A DNA stretch of 64,000 nucleotides, from assembly GCA_964016885.1 (NCBI GenBank), contig OZ024740.1:147064001-147128000 (forward strand). The letters run 5' to 3'. A program made the position numbers and the translations under genes. The stretch is from Eledone cirrhosa (taxonomy: Eukaryota). This document shows positions 41,409 to 54,030 of this stretch, one piece after another (position 1 is the stretch's first letter; each line of letters starts with the position of its first letter). Below the pieces are notes generated by a model. The model made no database searches. It saw nothing but the letters and a program-made list of their open reading frames with translations, and was not told the origin of the DNA.

Positions 41409-41939
41409 TATATCTATATATATATATATATATATCTATATCTATATATATCTATATCTATATATCTCTATCTATCTATATCTATCTATATATCTCTATC
41501 TATCTATATCTATATATATATCTCTATCTATCTATATCTATATCTATATCTCTATCTATCTATATCTATATATATATCTCTATCTATCTATATCTATATA
41601 TATCTATCTATCTATATTTATATATATCTATCTATCTATCTATCTATATCTATCTATATCTATATATATCTATCTATCTATATCTATATATATCTATCTA
41701 TCTATATCTATATATATCTATCTATCTATATCTATATATATCTATCTATCTATATCTATATATAATAATCTATCTATATCTATATATAAATATCTATCTA
41801 TATCTATATATAAATATCTATCTATATCTATATATATATATATCTCTATATATCTATATCTATCTATCTATCTATATCTATCTATATCTATATCTATCTA
41901 TATCTATCTATATATCTATATATAGATATAGATAGATAG
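41409..41939. repeat. (TATC)n/(TA)n microsatellite
   Basis: Direct reading. Confidence 0.95.
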
Positions 41940-42950
41940 TGGGTCAAGCAAAGACCGAGAAAACTGGGCGCCTGGCACACTGAGTGTGCCCAGGCGCTCA
42001 CCGCCCTCTGGCAGGCGGATCCGGTTATCAGTGGAGACTCCACCGCAACATTCTATAGAGGGCTGGTACGCAGCAGGTGCGACGACGCCCTCGGAGAAGC
42101 CCTAGACATGGAGGAGGACGAACTGGCCAGCCTGTTCGGTAGGACATTCAGCCCGGGACCTATGGACAACTTCCAGAAGTCCCTGGCCTGGCAGTGCTAC
42201 CGAGGGGCTTTACCCGTTCGAGAAAGGCTCTACAGACACGGGCGCCCGGGTAGGGATCCCGCCAAAAAGATCTGTCCCAGATGCGTGTGCGACGAGGAAA
42301 CCGTTGCACACGCATTGGTACACTGCTCGGGCGCAGCCGATCTGTGGGGCTATGTCGAACAACTGCTGTCAGGGGTGGGACCGATCCGGTTGACCACCGA
42401 GTCTATTGTAATGATCAAGCCACCTCCCCCCTTCAAAGATGAAGCAGAGGCGGTGTTTCTGTGCGTAATAGCCATGGCGAAAGAGGTTGTATGGTGGACG
42501 CGTCTGAAAGGACTGAGGTCAGGCACCTTTCTCTCTGGCCAACAACTGGTCCGTTTCTTCCGATATCATTTCGGAAGAAGGATCAGGATGGAGAGAGAGG
42601 TGCTGCACCCCAGCCGTTTCTATGAAAGATGGGTGAAAGTGGCGAGAATGGCCCGTGTGAATGGGCCTTCACTCTACATCAGACTATAGGTGAGGAAGAT
42701 GAAAGACCAAGGAAGCACCCCTTCTCTGTGCTCCTGAGGAGAAGGGTTGCACACTTTTTTCGGGGGTGTGTGCGACCCCCCAAGGCGCCTCCTCTCTATT
42801 GAGGATTTTGTTAAAAATTTTATTTTTTGTTATATCTTATTTTATTTTTATATTTTGTTATTGCCTCCTCCTTATTGAGGACGCCTTTTTGTGTAAACTC
42901 CCCCCTTTGTACTTGTCCCACTTTTGATGCCCTAGGGGCAAATAAAAGAA
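41940..42950 (+). mobile_element. 5'-truncated Tx1-like LINE, family B
   Basis: C-terminal CCHC finger CPRC..EETVAHALVHC. Ends aataaaagaaa then TATC repeats. Near-identical to 51395-52403. Confidence 0.88.
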
Positions 42951-42965
42951 ACATATATCTATCTA

Positions 42966-42997
<32 letters not shown>

Positions 42998-42999
<2 letters not shown>

Positions 43000-45900
43000 G
43001 ATAGAGTAAGACACGCTTCGCATCGGCTCCGCTATTCCATCGGGATTTACCCTTACTATTGTAAGTACCGGATAAATTTTTTAGTGCAACACATTTGGAA
43101 CACTAACCCCTGTTATTTAGGGAAACATTTTTGCATTTACCCCCTTTTTAGGGGGTAAAATAAATATCTATTTTTGCCGAAAAATTTCTTTCTTGGCAGC
43201 ATGGCGGAAAAGATGGCAGACATGTCTGCCATTAGCTCTGCCACGCCCCCCAAGTCTGAAGAACAAAAAATAATTACAACAAAATTAGACATTGAAACAA
43301 ACAAACAAAATGAAAAAACAAATGTTAAGGAAAATGAGCAAACAGAAAACAAACAAACAGAAAATAATACAAATAACGACAGGGCAACTTTCGCCCAGAA
43401 AACAAAGCAATCCATTACATACACACCAATTGACCTAACTGCCGCCAGAGAAAAACTGGCCGAAGCAAAGAAACATATTGTTTTGGGGGAGAACGGAATG
43501 TTTTCCATTAACTCCCCCCCAGAATTCAAGAAAGCCAGAGCAGAAAACACAGTTATATACAGAACTATACTAAACCAGTCAAGAAAGCCAGCACAGCCCA
43601 GCCAAATGGAAATAGAGTTAGTCCTAAAAGACTATATGAAGAATATTCTCTTCATACGAAAGGACCGACTCTATGGCAGCATTTCGGTCCTAACAAGAGA
43701 CAAAGAAACGGCGGTTCAGCTTTCCCTAAGCCCACTCTCGTCGACAACATATAGCTTCTATCCCTCCTACATGGGTAGAAGAACACAGAGAATAAAAGTA
43801 AAAACAATGCTGCCCACAATGGACTTCTGGTGGGCTATTGCTGGCTTCATTGATATGGGCGAAGACACTATGCTGTCAATGGGGAAGGCAACTGGAGATG
43901 CGTTCCTGGGAATGGGCCTCGACATACTAGTCCAAATGAGGCCCGAAAGAATAGCACAAATCCCGGATCGCATCTGGCTGGATGACCTTACCCCAATAGA
44001 CATAATTGTAGAGGGGAGAAGACCAGCATGCTATTTATGCATGGAAAGGGGACACGTTAAGGCTAACTGCCCGAAACGTATCCCCCAAAAAGGACTATTG
44101 CCCACACCCACCACAAACAGTACACCAGCACCACCCACCTCCAAAAATACACTAATACCACACACAGCAAACAAAATACAGACACCACCAACCACAAACA
44201 CAACACAAACATCACCACCACCAGCACCAAACACAAGCACGACACAAAAATCACCACCACCAACCACAACACAAACATCACCACCACCATTACCAACCAC
44301 AAGCACGACACAAACATTACCACCACCACCACCACAAAACCCATTCCAAACAAATAATAAAAAAAACAGTAACAAATCTACCCTCCCGCAAAAAAAAAAC
44401 AACCACACAACACGTCCCTCCCACCTAGCGCTGAAGAGTTTCCCCCAACTTCTGAAGAAGAAGGAGGAGAAGCCTTCAGACAAGTTAAAAGAAAAAAAAG
44501 AAAACACACACCCAGCACACCACAAATAACCCACACACAAACACCAACTCCAATCAAAAACACCCCACCCTCAACAAACAAAAATAAATCTGCGCCTCCC
44601 CTCTCCGAAACATTGACAGCATCACAAAAAAAGACGTTGCAATACACATATATAAATAAAGAAAACAAAAAACTGGTTAAATTAATAAACAATAACCCTA
44701 TGGTGCAGACCGAAGGGCCAAACTTTATCTCAACAGAGAACTTCACCCATTTAAAAATGATAAAGGTCCCTCTGGACCTTTATCGTTCCTTAAAAGAACA
44801 ATTTAGACGGGACGTGAGCCCCCCCTGTTTAAAACCGTTGAATCGCGTCCTCTTGAAAGATTTCCCCATAACCGCCCCTCTCCCTGACACAACTCCAAAT
44901 ACCCCAACCCCACCACACACGTGTACCCCCACACCACCACAAAACATCCCTCCACCCAACACACCTGATGCCATGGAAATTACGCAACCCGGAGAGGTAA
45001 GTGCTTTTCTTTCTTCACTTTCAACACCAAAATAGATCAATTGAGAGTTGGCTGTTTGAACGCGCGTGGCCTGAGCTCAGCTTGGAAGCAAGCAAAGCTT
45101 CTAAGTGACCTCAGGTCACAAAGTATAGATGTGATGGTTGTTTGCGAGAGTCGGATCAGCAGCGTGAGACAGCTGGCGCCCGCCTTCGATGACTTTGAGA
45201 TGCACGCATCTCTCTGTCAACCCGGAGGCGGGGGGGGAGTTGCCGTACTGCTGGATAAACGTCTGACTCTCGACGTACAGATTGTTCACTCGGACCCGGG
45301 GGGTCGATTACTGGTGCTGGACGTCGGAGGTGGTGAAGGCGGGGCTTTCAGACTGGTCGGTCTTTATGCTCCCTTCGGGGCGGAGAGAGCCGACTTCTTC
45401 CAACGTCTGGAGACTTTTCTAGGAACGTCGCGTTCCCTGCTTTTAGTGGGGGACTGGAATGGATTCCTAGATGCGCGTTGGGACTATGCAGGGGCATGTC
45501 CCGATAGAGGGGGGTGTAGCAGCCTCAAGGGGTTACTCGATCGATTCGACCTGGTCGATAGATTTCGCCTAGATTGTCCAACTGCGCCAACCTGGACCTG
45601 GGCAAACCGCAGTGGACAATCTAGATCGTACCTAGATAGGTTTTTGGTTAGGAGTAAGGATAGGGACGTATTTAGTTGTCCAGAACTGATCATGGTTGGC
45701 TATTCACATCACAAATTAGTGATCTGCGTGGTCAACCTTGATAGAACGCATAGACAGGGTCCCGGTTACTGGAAGATGAACTTGTCCTTACCGACAAAGA
45801 AAGATTACAGGAACCGGATTAGTAGCTTAGTTAAGATGCGGTTGACGGGAGCGATCGTCAACAGCAGGTGGTGGGTATCTCTAAAGAGAGAGATTAGAGT

Positions 45901-48698
45901 AAGTTCGATAGGTTACAGTAAGGAACTAGCGGCAAATAGAAATAGGAGGGAAAGGGAGTTAACAGATAAACTAGAAGAGGCGATTAGGAGCGGAGACGTA
46001 GCCAGAGTGTTAGCGACGAGAACGGCATTTAGCCAGTTCTTTGACGCGAAGCACGAAGGCTGCGTTGTCCGAAGTAAAATACGTGCTTTAGGAAACGAGG
46101 GGACCAAAGCTGTTAGCTGGGCCCGCGTGACAGAAGCCAAGAGTGGGATTAAATCCACCATTCGGTCTTTGCGAGACCAGGATGGACGGGTGATCCTTGA
46201 ACCTGAGCGAATGTGCGAGACCTTTCAAAGGCACTTTGCTCGACTGTTCGGAGGTGGCGGGGGGCCGGACGGGGATGTGGACTTCGGTCCATACCTCGAC
46301 GGTCTACCGCGTCTTTCGAGCGGCGAAGCGGAGTGCTGCGAAGGGCCAATCACAGCCACTGAAATCGGGGAAGCGCTCAGCCAATGCAGCAGACGCAAAT
46401 CCCCGGGTCTCGATGGTCTACCATACGAACTTTATTTAGCTATGCCGGTCTTGTTCTCCGAACTCCTCGAGGCTGTCTATTGCAACTGGCAACAGAACGG
46501 GAGAATTCCCTGTTCTGTGACCAAGGGCGTGGTCACGCTAGTGAGGAAGGACGAGAGCAAGGGGGACGACTTAAGTAACTTTAGGCCCATAACTCTGCTG
46601 AATGCAGAGTTACAGATTTTGGCCAAGGTGTTGGCGAAGAGGTTGGCGCTTGTGGTGGGTGGTTTGGTGGGAGACGCGCAGACATGCGCTATCCCGTCCA
46701 GGTCCATTCACGACAACCTCCACCTCATGCGATACATCATAGAGAGGGTTGGCTACGAACCCGGCTTTGGTGGGGCCCTGATCAACTTGGATCAATCTAA
46801 GGCGTTCGATAGGGTCGACCATGGTTACCTGGATGCGGTGCTAGCGGCGGCGGGCTTCGGACCCGTTTTCAGGGGCTGGATTTCTGCCATGCACAGTGGC
46901 AACATCTACTCTAGGATTAAAGTAAACGGCTACCTCTCGGAGCCGTTTCAAATCACCCGATCCATCAGACAGGGGTGCCCCCTCTCCTCCCTTCTGTACG
47001 TATTGACTCTCGAGCCACTGCTGCGGAAGTTGGAGTTGCTGCGGGGCATACCCCTGGAACCGGGATTGCACAAAGCGGTCTCGGCCTATGCCGACGACGT
47101 AACAGTAATGGTGGCGGACGCCTCGGAAATCGGGGCGATCGCCACCCTACTGGAGGAATACGAAAGGCTGACGGGGGCTAAGCTGAACCAGGACAAGTCA
47201 GTCGGTTTGCAACTCGGAACGTGGAGGGGCAAACCGATGCCGTTAGACGGTGTCGTCGGGCGGTGGACGGAGGGCCCGGTGAAGCTGCTCGGGGTCTGGT
47301 TCGGACCGGACCTCCAGGTGGAGAAGAATTGGGGCGAGGTGACGAGCAGGGTGTTTGCGCTGACCCAGAAGTGGGCCAAGTGCAAACTATCACTGAAAGG
47401 TCGGGCGGAGGTGACGAACGCTTACATAGCGTCCGTCATCTACTACCGCCTGACCGTCGTGCCTTGCCCCAAGGAAAAGCTCACCATCATGGAACGCATG
47501 CTCTTTCCAGTTCCTCTGGAAGAAGCGGCCTCCCATGGTGAGGAGATCCATCTGCTGCCAGCACCCTTCGAAAGGAGGGCTGGGTATGCCGTGGCTGTTG
47601 ATGCGTAGGCACGCATTGAGGCTACGGCATCTACAGGTATTCCTCAACGGTCAGCCGGTGTGGGCCCGTTTGTGAGGCGAGCCTTCCCACAGCTCGTCTC
47701 GCTCACCGAACTGCAATCCTGGGTGAAGCAAAGACCGAGAAAACTGGGCAACTGGCACACTGAGTGTGCCCAGGCGCTCACGGCTATCTGGCAAGCGGAC
47801 CCGACTGTCAGTGGAGAATCCACCTCGACATTCTATAGAGGGTTGGTGGCTAGCAGGGGCGACGACACCCTTGGAGAGTCGCTAGGCATGGAGAAGGACG
47901 AACTGGCCAGCCTGTTCGGTAGAACTTTCGGCCCGGGACCCATGGACAACTTCCAGAGGTCCCTAGCCTGGCAGTGTTACCGGGGGGCTCTGCCCGTTCG
48001 AGAAAAGCTCTACAGACACGGGCGCCCGGGCAGGGATCCCGCGAAAAAGATCTGTCCCAGATGCGTGCGCGACGAGGAAACCGTTGCGCATGCACTGGTA
48101 CACTGCCCGGGCGTTGCCGATCTGTGGGGCTACGTCGAACGACTGCTGTCGCGTGTGGCGCCGATTCGATTAACCGCCGAGTCTGTGGTGAACATCAAGC
48201 CGCCTCCTCCCTTCAGAAATGAAGCAGAGGCGGTCTTTCTGTGCGTAATAGCCATGATGAAAGAGGTTGTGTGGTGTACGCGCCTGAAAGGTCTGAGGTC
48301 GGGTGACTTTCTCTCCGGCCATCAGCTGGTTTACTTCTTCCGATACCACTTCGGAAGAAGAATCAGGATGGAGAGAGAAGTGCTTGGTCCCAGACAGTTT
48401 TATGAAAGGTGGGTGAAAGAAGCGAGAATGGCCCGTGTAAATGGGCCTTCTCTCTACATTGTTCTGTAGGTGAAGAAGTGAAGAGGAAAGGGGGAGCGCC
48501 TCCTCTCTGGGCTTCCCCCGCGAAAAGAGTTGCACACTTTTCGGGGGTATGTGCAATCCCCAACACGCCCCCTCCCTTTTGAGGACTTTTTATTGTTATA
48601 TTATTATTGTTATTCCTTTTTCTTTACTCGATTTATGTAAACTCCCCCACTGTGTAAATGTCCCCTTCTTTTGTGCCCTCGTGGCAAATAAATAGAAA
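42998..48698 (+). mobile_element. Full-length Tx1-like (L1-group) LINE, family A, inactivated
   Basis: 5' UTR, then ORF1 ~43201-45035 with knuckle CYLCMERGHVKANC and a Pro/Thr tract. ORF2 45041-48469 has APE (LNARGL, GDWN, YLDRF), RT (FRPITLLN, LDQSKAFDRV, QGCPLS, YADD) and CCHC. Frameshifts near 44390, 47505 and 47665. Confidence 0.92.
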
Positions 48699-48699
48699 T

Positions 48700-48731
<32 letters not shown>

Positions 48732-48870
48732 ATCTATATCTATCTATATATATATATCTATATATCTATATATATCTCTATATATATATATATATCTCTA
48801 TATATATATATATATCTATATATCTATATATATATATATATATATCTATATCTATCTATCTATCTATCTA

Positions 48871-48909
<39 letters not shown>

Positions 48910-48998
48910 ATCTATCTATCTATCTATATATATATCTATCTATCTATATATAATCTATCTATCTATCTATATATAATCTATCTATCTATCTATATATA

Positions 48999-49036
<38 letters not shown>

Positions 49037-49069
49037 ATATATCTATCTATCTATATCTATCTATCTATA

Positions 49070-49599
49070 TCGAGTCCATTGTCATGATCAAACCGCCACC
49101 CTCCTTCAAAAACGAAGGAGAGGCGGTTTTCCTTTGTGTGATAGCTATGGCGAAAGAGGTTGTATGGTGGACAAGGTTGAAAGGGCTGAGGTCAGACACC
49201 TTTCTCTCCGGCCAACAACTGATTCTTTTTTTCAAATACCACTTTGGAAGAAGAATCAGGATGGAGAGAGAGGTGCTGTACCCCAGCAAGTTTTATGAAA
49301 GGTGGGTGAAAGTGGCGAGAATGGCCCGAGTGAATGGGCCTTCTCTCTATATCAGCCTGTAGGTTGAGGAAAAGGAGGAGGAGAGGAAAGGAGTACAAGC
49401 TCTTCGTACTCCTGGAGATGAGGGTTGCACATTTTTTTCGGGGGTCTGTGTTACCCATATAAACTGTCTCCCTCTATTGGGGAAAATCGACTAACTTTTA
49501 AATTCCATCTGTGATAACATTTTACACGTTTTTATTGTATGTAAACTTCCCCCTTTGTATTTGTCCCCTTCTTTTGTGCCCCTGTGGCTAATAAAGAAA
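49070..49599 (+). mobile_element. 5'-truncated Tx1-like LINE, family C
   Basis: ORF2 C-terminus (..RVNGPSLYISL) and 3' UTR, ending aataaagaaa + TATC. Confidence 0.88.
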
Positions 49600-49673
49600 T
49601 ATATCTATCTATATCTATCTATCTATATCTATCTATATCTATCTATCTATCTATCTATCTATATCTATCTATA

Positions 49674-49704
<31 letters not shown>

Positions 49705-49765
49705 ATCTATATATATATAATCTATCTATCTATCTATATATAATCTATCTATCTATCTATCTATA

Positions 49766-49823
<58 letters not shown>

Positions 49824-49842
49824 ATCTATCTATCTATCTATA

Positions 49843-50372
49843 TCGAGTCCATTGTCATGATCAAACCGCCACCCTCCTTCAAAAACGAAGGAGAGGCGGT
49901 TTTCCTTTGTGTGATAGCTATGGCGAAAGAGGTTGTATGGTGGACAAGGTTGAAAGGGCTGAGGTCAGACACCTTTCTCTCCGGCCAACAACTGATTCTT
50001 TTTTTCAAATACCACTTTGGAAGAAGAATCAGGATGGAGAGAGAGGTGCTGTACCCCAGCAAGTTTTATGAAAGGTGGGTGAAAGTGGCGAGAATGGCCC
50101 GAGTGAATGGGCCTTCTCTCTATATCAGCCTGTAGGTTGAGGAAAAGGAGGAGGAGAGGAAAGGAGTACAAGCTCTTCGTACTCCTGGAGATGAGGGTTG
50201 CACATTTTTTTCGGGGGTCTGTGTTACCCATATAAACTGTCTCCCTCTATTGGGGAAAATCGACTAACTTTTAAATTCCATCTGTGATAACATTTTACAC
50301 GTTTTTATTGTATGTAAACTTCCCCCTTTGTATTTGTCCCCTTCTTTTGTGCCCCTGTGGCTAATAAAGAAA
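49843..50372 (+). mobile_element. Tandem duplicate of 49070-49599
   Basis: Same 5' truncation point (cgagtccattg) and apparently identical sequence; period 773 bp. Confidence 0.9.
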
Positions 50373-50452
50373 TATATCTATCTATATATATCTATATATA
50401 TATATCTATCTATCTATATATATATATCTATCTATCTATCTATATATCTATC

Positions 50453-52403
50453 TATCAACTTGGATCAATCTAAGGCGTTCGATAGGGTCGACCATGGTTA
50501 CCTGGATGCGGTGCTAGCGGTGGCAGGCTTCGGACCCGTTTTCAGGGGCTGGATCACTGCTATGCACAGCAGCCGCATCTGCTCTAGGGTCAAGGTGAAC
50601 GGCTACCTCTCGGAGCCGTTCAAAATCGCGCGGTCCATCCGACAAGGGTGCCCTCTCTCCTCCCTTCTGTATGTGTTGACTCTCGAGCCACTACTGCGGA
50701 AGTTGGAGTTGTTGCAGGGCATCCCTTTGGAACCGGGATTGCGGAAAGCGGTGTCGGCCTACGCCGATGACGTGACAGTAATGGTGTCGACGGCCTCCGA
50801 AATCGAGGCGGTCGGCACCTTACTAGAGGAGTACGAAAAGTTCACAGGGGCTAAGCTGAACCGGGACAAGTCGATCGGTTTGCAACTCGGCACGTGGAGG
50901 GGCAGACCGATGCCCTCCGATAGCGTCGTCGGACGCTGGACGGAGGGCCCGGTGAAGTTGCTCGGGGTCTGGTTCGGACCGGACCTCCAGGTGGAGAAAA
51001 ACTGGGCGGAGGTTACGAACAGGGTGTTTGCACTGACCCAGAAGTGGGCCAGTTGCAAACTATCCCTGAAAGGTCGGGCGGAGGTGGCGAACACCTACAT
51101 AGCGTCCGTCATCTACTACCGCCTGACCGTAGTGCCCTGCCCAAGGGAAACCCTCACCAAGATGGAGCGCGCGCTCTTCCAATTCCTTTGGAAGAGGCGG
51201 GCTCCTATGGTGAGTAGATCCATCTGCTGTCAACACCCTTCGAAAGGAGGGCTGGGGATGCCGTGGCTAATGATGCGTAAACACGCATTAAGGCTACGGC
51301 ACCTCTACGTATTCCTCACCGGACAACCGGTGTGGGCCTCGTTTGTGAGACGAAACTTTCCCAGACTCGTCTCACTCACCGAGCTGCAATCCTGGGTCAA
51401 GCAAAGACCGAGAAAACTGGGCGCCTGGCACACTGAGTGTGCCCAGGCGCTCACCGCCCTCTGGCAGGCGGATCCGGTTATCAGTGGAGACTCCACCGCA
51501 ACATTCTATAGAGGGCTGGTACGCAGCAGGTGCGACGACGCCCTCGGAGAAGCCCTAGACATGGAGGAGGACGAACTGGCCAGCCTGTTCGGTAGGACAT
51601 TCAGCCCGGGACCTATGGACAACTTCCAGAAGTCCCTGGCCTGGCAGTGCTACCGAGGGGCTTTACCCGTTCGAAAAAGGCTCTACAGACACGGGCGCCC
51701 GGGTAGGGACCCCGCCAAAAAGATCTGTCCCAGATGCGTGTGCGACGAGGAAACCGTTGCACACGCATTAGTACACTGCTCGGGCGTAGCCGATCTGTGG
51801 GGCTATGTCGAACAACTGCTGTCAAGGGTGGGACCGATCCGGTTGACCACCGAGTCTATTGTAATGATCAAGCCGCCTCCCCCCTTCAAAGATGAAGCAG
51901 AGGCGGTGTTTCTGTGCGTAATAGCCATGGCGAAAGAGGTTGTATGGTGGACGCGTCTGAAAGGACTGAGGTCGGGCACCTTTCTCTCTGGCCAACAACT
52001 GGTCCGTTTCTTCCGATATCATTTCGGAAGAAGGATCAGGATGGAGAGAGAGGTGCTGCACCCCAGCCGTTTCTATGAAAGATGGGTGAAAGTGGCGAGA
52101 ATGGCCCGTGTGAATGGGCCTTCACTCTACATCAGACTATAGGTGAGGAAGATGAAAGACCAAGGGAGCACCCCTTCTCTGTGCTCCTGAGGAGAAGGGT
52201 TGCACACCTTTTTCGGGGGTGTGTGCGACCCCCCAAGGCGCCTCCTCTCTATTGAGGATTTTGTTAAAAATTTATTTTTTGTTATATCTTATTTTATTTT
52301 TATATTTTGTTATTGCCTCCTCCTTATTGAGGACGCCTTTTTGTGTAAACTCCCCCCTTTGTACTTGTCCCACTTTTGATGCCCTAGTGGCAAATAAAAG
52401 AAA
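50453..52403 (+). mobile_element. 5'-truncated Tx1-like LINE, family B, open ORF2 (RT to C-terminus)
   Basis: LDQSKAFDRV, QGCPLS, YADD, KGGLG and CCHC, with no stops. Confidence 0.92.
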
Positions 52404-52969
52404 TATATCTATCTATCTATCTATATATATATCTATATCTATATCTATCTATATCTATATCTATATCTATATATATATCTATATATATATCTATATCTAT
52501 ATCTATATATATATCTATATATATATCTATATCTATATCTATATATATATCTATATATATATCTATATATATATCTATATATATATCTATATATATATCT
52601 ATATCTATATATATATATATCTATATATATATCTATATATATATCTATATATATATATATATCTATATATATCTATATATATATCTATATCTATATATAT
52701 ATCTATATATATCTATATATATATATATCTATATATATCTATATATATATATATCTATATATATCTATATATATATATATCTATATATATCTATATATAT
52801 ATATATCTATATATATCTATATATATATATATCTATATCTATATCTATATCTATATATATCTATATCTATATATATATCTATATATATATCTATATATAT
52901 GTATATCTATATATATCTATATATATCTATATATATATATATATCTATATATATATATCTATATATATA

Positions 52970-53008
<39 letters not shown>

Positions 53009-53965
53009 ATATATATATCTATATCTATATATATATATATCTATATCTATATATATATCTATATCTATATATATCTATATATATATATATCTATATCTAT
53101 ATATATCTATATATATATCTATATCTATATATATCTATATATATATATATATATCTATATCTATCTATATATATATATATCTATATATATATATATCTAT
53201 ATATATCTATATCTATATATATATATATATATCTATATATATATATATCTATATATATCTATATCTATATATATATATATCTATATATATCTATATATAT
53301 CTATATCTATATATATCTATATATATCTATATATATCTATATCTATATATATATATATCTATATATATCTATATATATATATATCTATATATATATATAT
53401 CTATATATATATATATCTATATCTATCTATATATATATATATCTATATATATCTATATCTATATATATATATATCTATATCTATATATATATATATCTAT
53501 ATCTATATATATATATATATCTATATATATATCTATATATCTATATATATATATATATATCTATATATATATCTATATCTATATATATCTATATATATCT
53601 ATATATATCTATATATATATATATCTATATATATCTATATCTATATATATCTATATCTATATATATCTATATATATCTATATCTATATATATCTATATCT
53701 ATATATATCTATATCTATATATATCTATATCTATATATATCTATATATCTATATATATATATCTATATATATATATATCTATATATATATATATCTATAT
53801 ATATATATATCTATATATATATATCTATATATATATATCTATATATATATATCTATATATATATATATCTATATATATATATATCTATATATATATATAT
53901 CTATATATATATATATCTATATATATATATATTATATATATATATATAATATATATCTATATATA

Positions 53966-53999
<34 letters not shown>

Positions 54000-54030
54000 C
54001 TATATCTATATATCTATCTATCTATCTATA
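52404..54030. repeat. 1.6-kb (TA)n/(TATC) compound microsatellite
   Basis: Direct reading; interruptions are ATCT on the + strand. Confidence 0.95.

Noticed and set aside
44996-45034. 39-nt GT..AG intron fusing Tx1 ORF1 and ORF2
   Set aside because: The AG arises from ATAGAT, which aligns with the ORF2 start ATGGAT of the element at 56181, so it is more likely a mutated start codon.
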